Assembly (NCBI GenBank): GCA_050575255.1
Contig: JBNZDD010013696.1
Location: 3,925,557 to 3,989,556 of the forward strand
Length of the DNA stretch: 64,000 bases
Reading direction: 5' to 3'
Source of the DNA: Harriotta raleighana
Taxonomy: Eukaryota
Below are positions 13,617 through 26,974 of the stretch, one piece after another. The notes under the pieces are model-generated. The model was given only the letters and a program-made list of their open reading frames with translations, was not told the DNA's origin and made no database searches. A program made the position numbers and the translations under genes. Position 1 is the stretch's first letter. Each line of letters opens with the position of its first letter.

Positions 13617-15869
13617 GGTAGCATACCCCCACATTACTCTCTTCTTTCATGACACGTAGCAAATTAAGAGTAGTCTTACACATGGAAAGTTCAAAATGTT
13701 CTTTTAGTCCACCTCCCTTAATTTCCAATTTAATTATGTCAATTCTTTTGAGGATAACATAAGCTGCTGATTACAAATATTTTTGGCAAACCCAGGACTC
13801 TTCATTTTAAAAAGGGCTCGTCCATCTGTGCTGATTGGTAGTTTCAATAGTAGACTTACACGGGGTGCAAACAAGATAATTATGATCATTGTCTCTTTTT
13901 GCTTAACCCTGTCATTTGTGCCTCAAGCAAGAAAAAAAAAATCATTTCTAAGCACTGGTTTACACAATCCGTCCAGGAAAAGTCTATAACTAACTGCTTC
14001 TCGTCGCATTTTGCAGTTGCTTGCGGTCATCTCAACATCACATCTGGATAAAGTTGTGAAGGATATGTAGTTTCCTTGGAAAGTGAAAGAAAATTAAGCT
14101 AGGAGAGGTCAGGTAGATTTCTCTCTATTTAAAAAAAAGCTTCTATTACTATTTACCAGGTTGAGCAGTTCAGTGTTAATAAGGTCAGAAAGCAAAGTCT
14201 GCTGGCGAGGACATGTTAAGTACTAAATCTGGAAATAATGTGTTGCAGTGTCCAGGAGAAACCTAGCTATGGAAAGGAGATAAGTATGCCAGCAGTGTAC
14301 ATTTGTGAAACCATTTGCACAAAGAAAGATGCCATGACAGACTAACTGTATAAATTTGATAAAATTAAAATGCATTTTGTTCTTCACCATCATCCGCATC
14401 ATATCAAGAGAATTTAGTGCCCAAACCAATCAGGCTGGCAAATACACAGTCGACGAGACACAATGCCTCTTACTGCAAGTAGGGTTAGAGAATATTGATG
14501 AGATGCATTACTGATCAGAGGTAAACAAAAATCCCATGCACTGGGCAATAGAAGCATTCACATGTAGATTCACACTATCGCATTGAATGATGCAAGTGAG
14601 CGTATTTCAAAGCAAATTAGTCTTTCCCGTTTTCTATGTGGGCAAATAAATGGCTGCTGCACTAACAGGCAAAATCAGATCTCAGTCTTGGGGAAAACCC
14701 AAAGGTAAATTTTGCTTGGGACAGAGGGAAAGCTGAACCTCAGATGTTTTTTGCTCTGAAATCCCAAAGCTTTATCCCAGGGCAGCTGGAGCAGGGTATA
14801 TTTCCATCACTCACGCCAATTGTAGTGATTCTCTGACATATCAGCAGAGACAACCATCTGTATTTTTTCCAAGCAGCTTCCAGACTCCTGACCTTCCTGT
14901 ATCTGGAAGGGATACTCTCTTCTTTCCTAAGCCCTTCATGGATGTTGGTTGGGGATGTGTTAAAAGTCGCTGGATGCAAAAGATCACAATGATTACACAG
15001 AAAATCTTCAGAGTAGGCTATTTCCAATAGCAAGTGAAAAGCGGTTACCTTTTGATGCCATTATGTATGTATGTATATAAGTATGTCTGTGTGTATCCAA
15101 GCCATCTGGAGAACATTGACTGAAGTCCAGTTTGGCCAAGAGTTCCACCAATTCCATTTTCTTACACCTCAGTGGTAAATGACTGAAATCTCATCAGATT
15201 ATGTTTCACGAAGGGAGTATATAAAATTGCACTTCCTCATAAGACCTTTGCACTTTTTTTTACTCGAATCTTCACATTCTTACATTTCCCTTTGGAACCA
15301 CGGCTCCCTGGATGTAAAATAATATTGAAATCAATTTCAGCTCCACTTGATTTAATTAGAAAGGCTCGAGAGTTCTCGCTCCTTGTTTTCAACACTCCTT
15401 ACCTTGAATTGGGTTCTGGGTTTGCCTTTCAATTGCTACCCAAGATGTTATTTGAGCTCTCATTTGTTTGGATGTATTTATCCAGCGTTTCTTTCCTACC
15501 ACACCCAGGCCAGAAGAGAAATAGAAGCTCATTCATATTCATACCCATTTCAACATTTTGGTTTTACAGAGACAATATCCCTCAGTTTTTGCAGTGTTTT
15601 GCGTGGAAATTGCATTTCGAAATGTCAATTTATATGTGAGAAACAAATAAACAATAATATTAATCCTTGCCTTGGGTATAGCACATGAAATTGAAATTCC
15701 TTGAAGCCCTTCACAGGAAATTGTCAAGTTTCACAAGTGTATATTTGTAGTCAAATGTAGCAATCAGTTTGTACACAGCAAGGTCCATTCAAACATCCTA
15801 CAAACAGACGAGGTGAAACTCATTCCAAATAAGTGTCATGGGATCTCGCAGCAAGATCTTGATTTGAGT

Positions 15870-16176
15870 ATTAAAAAACATTTTTGCATGCGATATCGAA
15901 CTTTCGACAACAGGAGGACATCCCAAAATGTTTTGCAGCATTTACTGTAAACTGTAGTGACTTTGTCTTTTATAGTTGAACAAGGCAGCCAATAGAGTGA
16001 TCGTTTTAGCATCCATCTGTACAGGGAGATGAGACCTTGGTTTAATATCTCTTCTGAAGGACAGCACCTCAGATAATTCAGTACTACAGCAGCACTGCAT
16101 TAAGAGTGTTGCTGAGATGTGGGGTTTGCATCCACAAACTTTAGATTCAGAGGCAAGATTCGTGCCAACTCAGCCA
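15870..16176 (-). mobile_element. Degenerate Deu-domain SINE including tRNA-like head
   Basis: ccttggtttaatatctcttctgaaggacagcacctc...gattcagaggcaagattcgtgccaactcagcca. Confidence 0.6.
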
Positions 16177-16503
16177 GGCTAAATAAGTAGCTTTGGCACT
16201 CATAATGCAACTGAAGTTGAAAATTCTTGAAAATAACATTTGGTGTAAGACTGTTTAGCCTTAGTGGCTCCAGGAGATTAGAAAATCTAATGTAGGGAAA
16301 CAATAGTCACTCAGTTTGAGGATTTCCATTGTCAGAAACGTAGATTGTTTGGACTATCTCACATCAATTGTGTTAATCTTTTTTAAGATACAATTCATGT
16401 TTGAAAAGTAGTTTCTTTTTTAAGACAGCAGTGTTTATTCCGAGCCTTTATTTTACTGAACGAGGATTAGAACTAGCAGCCTCAACACTTAAATTTTATT
16501 GTA

Positions 16504-17092
16504 AATAAAGCTATTCGGCTATCCGGCACCCATGGGACCTGGACAGTGGCGGTTGAACGGTTTTCCGGTTGAACGTTTATTTAAAAAAATAATTTTTAAA
16601 TTGTTTTTAAATTTTTAAAATTATTTTAACACATATTAATATATTTTAACATATATTAATAGACTAAATAATAACAGATAATAACAACCTTGTATGGATA
16701 TTGCAAATGTTGTACAATGTTCCATATAAATGTTAAACAATACTATAAAAATAATAGACGAAATACACTAACAACAGCTACTATAATAATAGAATATTGT
16801 ATTAGTACTTTATTATTTATGCTTAACTTCGCAATGGCGGTCCCTACCCACGGTGGAAAAAAAAAAGGCAGTATCGCGACTTTTAAAAGGAGCAGGAGCG
16901 AGTTTAGACTCAACTCAACGGCCAGCCGAGTACCTGCACCAGTATTCGTGTGCGACAATCAATTCATTAAATGCGTCATCGCTATGCTGCCAGATAATGC
17001 TTCCGGTTTATTGAATTGGGACTTTTTTTTTGCGGTTCCGGTTCAGCGGGTTTTCCGTTTCATCGAGTCATGGATAAACGGGCTTTACTGTA
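16504..17092. mobile_element. Non-autonomous pogo/Tigger-like DNA transposon (MITE), left end degenerate
   Basis: Right end ggataaacgggctttactg followed by TA; left end taaag...ctatccggc; repeated ggttttccg motifs near both ends; AT-rich interior and locally high CpG. Confidence 0.55.
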
Positions 17093-19957
17093 TCTACATT
17101 TCAGTTGCATTTGATGTCAAAAGGCTGCATCAGTCTTTGTAAATATGAATGCATAAAACTTGGCTTTTTCCCAGTAACGATTCACAGTATTGATAGAGCC
17201 CACACATTGTTTTGCTGCAAATATTTTCCTCTGGAAAAATTGAATTTACACAGCAATTTCAACACAACTGTACCGATAGTTAACTTGCAGTCCACAGTGA
17301 ATGATCGTGGGGTCACTTGCCTGGTAACTTGGTAATTATGTTTCTATGGCGAACAGAGAATCCCGTGCAATTGATAAATATTAATATTGTCTTATTATCA
17401 AAGAGAAGTGTGCTCTGATGATTAATCATTGTGCTGAGTAACAGATGTCAGAGTGTGAGCATACTGTTTATTAGTAGAATTATGCATCATTAAGTGCCTA
17501 CCTTTAAATCAAGCTGAGAATACCAATTTTTGTTGTTAAGGGACTTCAGTTTGCCAATTAGCATTTTATTCAATCTGGCAGTTTACAGACAGCCCAGGAA
17601 TAGCACCGTGCGTTTTGTAAGGTGCTCCCATTACACACCGTTCTGTGTTGCAATTTCTCATTTCATATGGTTTAATAATAAAAAATAAAAAAATCTATAC
17701 CAATGTTTTTAAAAAAAATCTTGCTGGGGATTTATGAACAGTTTAAGGCACTTATAAACCTGTTCAACAGCACCTCGCAGGTGATCAATATAAAATTAAT
17801 ATGTTTGGCCTATAGAGCTGCTTCTTCCATAGGAAGCAATGTGTGTAGTGTCTGAATGGATAATTCGTTTTCGCAGTAAGTTTTGTAAACTAACGATGAA
17901 GAATGTGACCTGGAGATGCCTCCCTCAGCCAAGCTTTAAAATGTGTAACTGATGGAGAGTGCTGTAAAGGCAACAGAAGCAGAAAGCTCTTTTTTTAAAA
18001 CAATAATAAATACCCAAATTTGTAGGTTTTGCGAAACTCATTCCCAACTTGAAACCTACAATTTTTTTTAATTAAGAAAAAATGGGTTGTGTTTTTAGAT
18101 GGAAAGAACTGCATTTAGGGTGACATACAATGGAATATTAATCTCAAAAGCTGTGCCTTAAACCTTGTTAGAGGTAGAACACAGCGCCTCTGCCAAGAAT
18201 CTTGAAAATAGAAAAAAAGAATAGGCGGGGCTCCAGATTTCTGGCTGCACTACAGTGACTTTTCTTTTAACCTTGGCATTTAACCAGCATTTAGTTGAAG
18301 TGCAAAACAAGTGTCCTTAACCATTGTTAAAACATTTTTTGGATGATATATTTAAACATTCGTCAAAAAGGTACACTGAAGTTGTTTTTGTGTGAAACCG
18401 TCATCGGTGATGATTTTTTTTTTATTCGTGGCTTTTTATTTTAATATCCCGATAAGTTTCGGAAAGTTTACCCATCACATTATCTTGACAGTGGTTTACA
18501 TTCTCTTCCACTGGGGAATGCCGGGATTGTTAAAAATCATTCCAACTTTTGGTTTTATTTAACGCCTGCATTTAAAAACGAACCTTATGAAGCATATTTA
18601 TTGCTGGCTCTTTGTAATCGTGAATCCCTAGTTTATATAATTACATCAAACTATTTTTTGTCTTAATATTGGACAAAGAACAAGGGATCCGAAAATTCTT
18701 ATGCCTCCAAGTGTTGCTAGTTTGACGTGTGCTCTAGCACAGCTGAATTCCCCTGTTAGTGCACATCAGGATTGTCAGTGCACTTCGTGACATGAGGAAT
18801 TTTTTTGGCCCAAGGTTTTCTGATATTTTTATACTTGTAAGTCTGTGCATTAAAGCCAAAGAGATGTAAAAAGGAGTCCAAATAAGTTGGAAATGAATCC
18901 TAAACTCAACCTTGGCTTTTTGTTTTTGCCTTTGCGATTCTTCACTTGTGTTTGGAAAGGTGATTTAACAGGATGGAAGCTGTGATGGAATTTTTAATTG
19001 TGTACCGTTTTAAAGTAAGCAAGTGCGTAACCTCCAGATAATGACTATTAGCAGGACCCTGGTAATTGGAGAACTTGTGAACAAGGAGGGACAGAAGGGT
19101 GAGGTGTTAAACATGGGTGATATACTTTTCACCTGAACTCTTTTGCTTCCACCGCCCGTGCCAGGCTGAACCTCATCAGCAGTAATTGATGCCGTTATCC
19201 CCAAAAATTGAAAAGTGACACTTCCAAAGCAATTGACAGAGATGACATTCCATTAATTTGTTAACGCAATTCGCAAGTGATTGTCACAGATGAAACACCT
19301 TTTCCCCCACGATGCCTTTGTTGGTGCTTTCCTTCCTGCTGAATTTGCAGTCAGATTTAATTTGGAAACTCTGTTCCTTCGGCAAATTAGCAATTAGAAC
19401 AATTTTGTGGAAATATGTATATGTGTCATTAGTTTTCCTCCAAATTAATAGCAGGAGCAGAGGTCAGCCTGAAATTTTCCAGTTGACTGGAGTGGCTCTG
19501 TTGAGATTTGGAGCTTGTTTGGAATGGCTGCAGCTGCAAGCCAGAATCGAGCAGCTGCTTACAGCCACTCTAGCTTCCGAGCTCCACTTTAATTAGTTTA
19601 CCTCGCATAGCCATTATTGCTAATATCGCTGCCTCCCCCTCAAAAAAATTACTGTTTCGAAAAAAAAAATCTTCAGACATCTTGTGTCACTACAGGCTGA
19701 TGATGGGGGTCAGTTTGATGCAGCGTTTAATCATTAGATCACCTCCATAAGCATCTCCTAATTAGAGTCCTTTCAATACAATTTCATCTTGTAATTAGCG
19801 GAGATTGTCTGCTTCCTCTGTAGCTTATTAGTGCCAGCGCAGTGGTGGGTGTGAATCACACTGTTATTTGTCAAGCCTGTTAAAGCTTTCCCTTTTCTCC
19901 TGTCTCTTGTTTTTTTTCCACCATTACCCAAATCTCACCCCCAATCCATCTTTGCAG

Positions 19958-20159
19958 CTGAACCTAGTGTCGAGCGTCACATTGTCAAAGACGGCATCTG
20001 AAGCATCTCCGCAGAGCTTACCTCACACCCCCACCACACCGACAACCCCCATTACCCCTGTCACACAGGGACCTTCTGTCATAACCCCAACCAGCATGCA
20101 CAGCATGGGGCCCATCCGGAGGAGATACCCAGACAAATACAATGTGCCAATTTCCTCAG
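19958..20159 (+). CDS. FOXP1: FOXP1 coding exon (exon 15 equivalent): CtBP-binding PLNLV motif and S/T/P-rich linker
   Basis: tttgcag acceptor, gtagga donor. 202 nt; [67 protein letters not shown]. Confidence 0.96.
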
Positions 20160-20285
20160 GTAGGACAGTTTGTGCCGCAAGTGCTCTGTGCCGTTGGCTG
20201 TTTGGTCACCGTTGCTTTTCGGGAGTTATTTTAGTGAAAGATTATCCGTCAAGATAAAAAAAAAAAATTGGAAATCTTGTGGTAA

Positions 20286-20477
<192 letters not shown>

Positions 20478-20820
20478 TAGTCTCTGACAGAACAATTCAG
20501 ATCCTCAGATATTTATTAAATAAGAGCACAAAGGTTGTCAAACTCTAACGACTTAAAATTCACAAAATCTAACGTGTAAGTTGATAAATGACAAGTGGTA
20601 TATATCGTGTTACCATGACTGATGAAAACACTACAGCACCAAGTGTTTGGCGTCTTGATTTGCTTTTGCTAGTCTTCGATTTTTACAGCAGTGCAGAATT
20701 ATAAAGACATCCATTCAGCATGTAGCAGGAAATAATCACAGAGGTCTTATTTTTGCTTTAACACATATTTTTAAAATCTTCATTTTAAACTACATAATTA
20801 AACTACAAGAATATAATTGA

Positions 20821-21042
<222 letters not shown>

Positions 21043-21961
21043 TAAATATGAAAGTGTCCTCATCAGTTCTTTTTGCTTTTACTCTCAGCAGGCCTGGCCA
21101 TTCTGCGTTCCATGGTAAACAAGACATTGTATCTGACTTGCCAAATTTAGTCATCAGATTTTGGCTGTTTGGTTAATCTGCTGTGATTCTTAATTCAGTT
21201 ACTTTTGCACCATATTAAACGGTAAAGGAGATTCTTATGGATATTACATTTCCGCCTTGTGCCTTTCATTCAGCTTCACATCCCAAGAATAGGTCACTAG
21301 CCGTATGTATGAAATACGAGCTGCTTCTTTTGTCGTCGGAAGCCAATGCTGCAAAAATGTTCAGGCGTGATCCGCTAATTAGATGAAAGAATGGCTGTTT
21401 ATCTTGCAATGCAAACAGCCGTTGCAGTCTCTGTCCTTGTGCTTCAAATCCTCTCCACACACCATAGTTCATCCTGCAGTCTGGTTGCCACAAGTGCTGT
21501 GGCTGTGCCCGCTCAGCTGAAACCTGTAGAATAAAGGCAGCAGATATCATCATGTAGTTGGAGGACACAGAGTTTGTTTATGTGGACAAAGCCTTCATTC
21601 ATCTCCCTCCATGAGCACAACACTCTCGTTTGCCAAGCTGCAGAGCACCCAGGTTCAATAAAAAAGAGCACTTTGTTGAGTTTAAATCTTTCCGCCAACA
21701 TTATAACTATTCTGGGGCAATCTCTATACGGGACACAAGAGTTAGTGAGAAGAAATCACAGGGGCAGTGTCAATGACTGTTTGACGCTTCAATGTATTAA
21801 AGCAATGTGATGCTGCTTTTTTTCCCCAAAAAAATCTCATCTGCAGTGCTTCTCAAATGAACTCCGTAACATGAAAGCAGTTTGGCTTATGTTTTATTTA
21901 CCTATATTGCTGTCAGTCATCATGAGGACATGCCTACATNAAATTGGAAATCTTGTGGTAA

Positions 21962-22153
<192 letters not shown>

Positions 22154-22498
22154 TAGTCTCTGACAGAACAATTCAGATCCTCAGATATTTATTAAATAAG
22201 AGCACAAAGGTTGTCAAACTCTAACGACTTAAAATTCACAAAATCTAACGTGTAAGTTGATAAATGACAAGTGGTATATATCGTGTTACCATGACTGATG
22301 AAAACACTACAGCACCAAGTGTTTGGCGTCTTGATTTGCTTTTGCTAGTCTTCGATTTTTACAGCAGTGCAGAATTATAAAGACATCCATTCAGCATGTA
22401 GCAGGAAATAATCACATAGAGGTCTTATTTTTGCTTTAACACATATTTTTAAAATCTTCATTTTAAACTACATAATTAAACTACAAGAATATAATTGA

Positions 22499-22720
<222 letters not shown>

Positions 22721-23976
22721 TAAATATGAAAGTGTCCTCATCAGTTCTTTTTGCTTTTACTCTCAGCAGGCCTGTCCATTCTGCGTTCCATGGTAAACAA
22801 GACATTGTATCTGACTTGCCAAATTTAGTCATCAGATTTTGGCTGTTTGGTTAATCTGCTGTGATTCTTAATTCAGTTACTTTTGCACCATATTAAACGG
22901 TAAAGGAGATTCTTATGGATATTACATTTCCGCCTTGTGCCTTTCATTCAGCTTCACATCCCAAGAATAGGTCACTAGCCGTATGTATGAAATACGAGCT
23001 GCTTCTTTTGTCGTCGGAAGCCAATGCTGCAAAAATGTTCAGGCGTGATCCGCTAATTAGATGAAAGAATGGCTGTTTATCTTGCAATGCAAACAGCCGT
23101 TGCAGTCTCTGTCCTTGTGCTTCAAATCCTCTCCACACACCATAGTTCATCCTGCAGTCTGGTTGCCACAAGTGCTGTGGCTGTGCCCGCTCAGCTGAAA
23201 CCTGTAGAATAAAGGCAGCAGATATCATCATGTAGTTGGAGGACACAGAGTTTGTTTATGTGGACAAAGCCTTCATTCATCTCCCTCCATGAGCACAACA
23301 CTCTCGTTTGCCAAGCTGCAGAGCACCCAGGTTCAATAAAAAAGAGCACTTTGTTGAGTTTAAATCTTTCCGCCAACATTATAACTATTCTGGGGCAATC
23401 TCTATACGGGACACAAGAGTTAGTGAGAAGAAATCACAGGGGCAGTGTCAATGACTGTTTGACGCTTCAATGTATTAAAGCAATGTGATGCTGCTTTTTT
23501 TCCCCAAAAAAATCTCATCTGCAGTGCTTCTCAAATGAACTCCGTAACATGAAAGCAGTTTGGCTTATGTTTTATTTACCTATATTGCTGTCAGTCATCA
23601 TGAGGACATGCCTACATGCATAAGCCACTGTCAGAGAGAGCCCATTCTCTCATCTACCTGCATTGGTCACTTGACTGGTGCAATGATGCGCAAATGTTTG
23701 TGAGCATCTCCGAAACGGAACCAAATTAAAAGATCATTAATTTGTCTCTACTTTTCACCTTTTTTTAAAATTTAAGATTGCATCCACCATACAAATCTTT
23801 ACTGGTAACATGTCAGTCTTTCCAAACTCAGTTTACATTTGGCTGGAAAAATAGCCTTAAAAGTCTTATCGTTAAATGGCCTGTATGGTCACAAGCTTTA
23901 ATAGAATAGCTACCTGGTCATCCTTCATCAAGATATAGTTGTCCCTTTACACTGCTTTCTGATTACTTCTACTGGG

Positions 23977-24184
23977 TTTCAAGTATCAGAATCAGGGGTC
24001 GAGGAATGGAGAGCCTGTTGAGCCTCGTCTAGCTAAATAAATGAGTGAGAGAACAGAAATGAACCTCAGAATCATTCTGTTTCACCTGCAAAATATACAG
24101 TCAATCCACTTTACAGTATATCCCGTGAAGTGCTTTGAAATGTCTTAATAAGGTGCTATATCAAATGCAAGGATTATTATTTAT
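23977..24184 (+). mobile_element. Retroelement 3' fragment, second copy of the 11009-11202 type
   Basis: Same unique upstream segment plus the aaggtgctatatcaaatgcaaggattatt tail. Confidence 0.7.
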
Positions 24185-26239
24185 GATAAGCCCTCCCCAC
24201 AAGACAGCTACTGCAAGGCTAAAAACTTCACCCCAACAATACGTTTCTGAACCACCCAGCCACATTGTGTGACTCATTGGCTGCTCCACTGTTAACTAGG
24301 TTCCCCTCCCCTCACCCCACCTTTGAGTACCCCTGCCTTGAAAACGTGACTCCCATCTTTGTTCCCTTGTAGCTACATCAGATATATTTTGAAAACGAGA
24401 CATCTCTCAGCTCCAGATTCCGAGAGGGTGCACACACTTTATTTAAACTACATGACAGATTCAGTCCATCCTCTATATGTCAGATCTACAGCTGTGACTT
24501 TGACAAGTATCAGCTCAGTAGATTCATTCAACTCTTTAGCAGAATGCTCCACCAACTGCTGACAGTCCTTCCATGGGGCACATTTTAGTGATGAACATTC
24601 ATCCTCCCTACTGTGACTCAGTCCTGCATGGCAGCATGCAGTATTTTAGAAACACAGAATTGGTTAGCTATGTATGAAAGTGCGTTCCATCTGTTTATGA
24701 ATAGTTGGCCCGCATATAAATAGCCTGTGAAAAGCATATATGCCTTCCGTAATAACTTGTGAACCTTTCCCCGACTTTCCTTTAAACTCACTGCTGGGAG
24801 GCACAAAGCTCAACTGGTTCTGGCAAGTCAGACGCAATGTCTGTTTACATAGTTTTTCATTAAGAGGAGAATGTGGCCTAACAAAAGTATCGTGGCTCGG
24901 TGAAGTGTTACTCTATCCTTCTCTCTAAAGGGTAAGCTTGTCCTCGGATTGTTCAAATAGGTCGTACCATGGTCAGTCTGAAGAAATAACTGTGAAATGA
25001 AACGATTTTTCTAGTCGTCTGTGTGTGTGTTTTTTTTTTGAGCACAGGTTTTGACCCAGGGTCTGCTCTGCTCGTCAGTAAAACAGCTCACACAGTCCAC
25101 AATATTTCCCAATTTTGCCATTGCATTAAACACGTAAAATGTTTTCACGCAGCACCCCATACATGTACTGACCCACAGCCCCGGTTGTTTTACACAGCAA
25201 AATTTCAAACACATTTTGAATGTATATATACATGTTTCAGACAGATGTTTACCGTATTAAGCCGGTGGTTTCATGGTCAACCCTGGGTGGGATGTTGTGT
25301 TAGTGCATTGCTTTTCACCTCATTGACCTTGATTGAAATTGATGCCAGACTTGTGTTTAATAAAGGTGTCCTTTGTCTGATTGAAGGCTACCGAGTCCCA
25401 AGTGGAATTAATTTGGCCAGCGCCATTCTGCTTACCTGCAGCCAAAGTATACAAATACCCTGAATCCAGCTCTATTTTGGCAGTCGTCTCCTAAACAGTT
25501 GCAAGGATGAGAATTTAGTTAATATCAACTCAGTGCTGGCTAGTGAGGGGAGAGAGAGGTCACCATTTGTGTTGAAGACGAATTGTCGAAAAGATGCATT
25601 GTCGAAACATTTGTGGGGACTCTCATCCACACAGTCCCTGACCCTTATCACATAAAGAATAAGCTCCAGAGTAATTTGTAAATCAATCTGAATGGGTTAT
25701 TTCACCTCTGGTCATTTCAGGTGAGTGCAGTGAGGCGTCGAGTGAACGAGAACAACTGTGATTGCCTATACAGCGGTTTATGCTATTATGAAATCTCGAT
25801 CTGTATTCCAACTCCCCTGTCATGCTGCTGTGTCGTAGTTGTTATTGGAGGTCAAGTGGAAGACATTGCAATGTCCAGTACTATCATCTCCCAACTTTGC
25901 TGTGAATACATTGTGGGGAGGGAGAGGAAACACGTCTGCGTTTATATATCTTATCTGAAACGTTTTCACACTTGTGCCAATGAATGAACTGCACTTTGTT
26001 TTAGCTTTGTAGAAGCACAGCAATGATGCATTCTCGTCTTACATATACAAGCAATTAATCTGAAACAGACTGGAGATGTAATTATTGTTGGCATATTGCA
26101 GGGGTCTGAACACAGCTCGGGCCTTATTGTAAACATCAATGACGTGATTCTTCAGTCTGACCTTGGCAACACTTATGATTTACACTTGCTTTTTATATAG
26201 ACAAGTTTTTGAATGTTTTCTTCTTTGTACTTACTATAG

Positions 26240-26361
26240 AANNNNNNNNNNNNNNNNNNNNNNNNNNNNNNNNNNNNNNNNNNNNNNNNNNNNNNNNNNN
26301 NNNNNNNNNNNNNNNNNNNNNNNNNNNNNNNNNNNNNNNNNNNNNNNNNNNNNNNNNNNNN
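26240..26361 (+). CDS. FOXP1: Inferred canonical forkhead exon 18 ([13 protein letters not shown]...), hidden in the N gap; end coordinate assumed from a 122-nt exon
   Basis: Pyrimidine tract ttttcttctttgtacttactatag ends at 26239, followed by AA (start of an Asn codon) and then 148 N. The gap can hold the 122-nt exon, and I found no other copy between exon 17 and exon 19. Confidence 0.75.
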
Positions 26362-26389
26362 NNNNNNNNNNNNNNNNNNNNNNNNNNNN
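26242..26389. other. Assembly gap
   Basis: 148 N. Confidence 1.
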
Positions 26390-26594
26390 CCTCCTAGCAT
26401 AGCTAGCTCCCGTGTAGTTTAACCTACAGCTTGTGGCTGCTTGCAGGTGATGGAGGGGAGGGTGTCACTTGGGTACATCCGTGCTGTCTAGGAAAATCCG
26501 GGGCATGGAAAGCAAATGCTTCATCACAGCATCCTTTCCTTTCCCCACATTTTCCAGTCTGTGTATTCCATGGTGCTCAACCCACGTTCTTTCC

Positions 26595-26804
26595 ATCTGC
26601 TTGCCTGGTGTTTTGCGTCATGTGCTTCTGCTTGCAGGCTACACATATTAACCCCACAAACCATTTGCTTATTTCATTTTTTTTCTCCTTTCCCCTTGCC
26701 TACCCCTTTGTGTGTGATTTTTGTTTTTGTTCCGTCCCCATCCCCATTTTCCCTTGTTTGTCTTTCCATCGCATCTGCTTGACCTGCTGCTGCTATAAAC
26801 CCAG
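26595..26804 (+). promoter_or_regulatory. Splicing-regulatory region upstream of exon 18b (YGCY cluster, long pyrimidine tract, AG-free zone)
   Basis: About ten TGCT/TGCC motifs, including ctgctgctgct just before the acceptor; no AG dinucleotide from 26638 to 26802. Confidence 0.7.
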
Positions 26805-26974
26805 GGTGCCATACGCACCAATTTGTCACTGCATAAGTGCTTTATCAGAGTAGAGGATGAGTTTGGGTCCTTTTGGACTGTTGATGATGAAGAATTTAAA
26901 CGTGGCCGCCACATTCAACGAGGCCGTCCTCGAAAATACTACCCTGATGAAAGCTTTGATGAACAATTTGCACA
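26805..26974 (+). CDS. FOXP1: Alternative mutually exclusive forkhead exon equivalent to FOXP1-ES exon 18b
   Basis: cccag acceptor, gtaaga donor. 170 nt, phase 0 to 2, no stops; [56 protein letters not shown](H). Not translated in the correct frame in the ORF track. Confidence 0.95.

Noticed and set aside
26240-26389. Lineage-specific loss of the canonical forkhead exon
   Set aside because: Its acceptor and first two bases are visible at the gap edge, and the gap is large enough to hold it.
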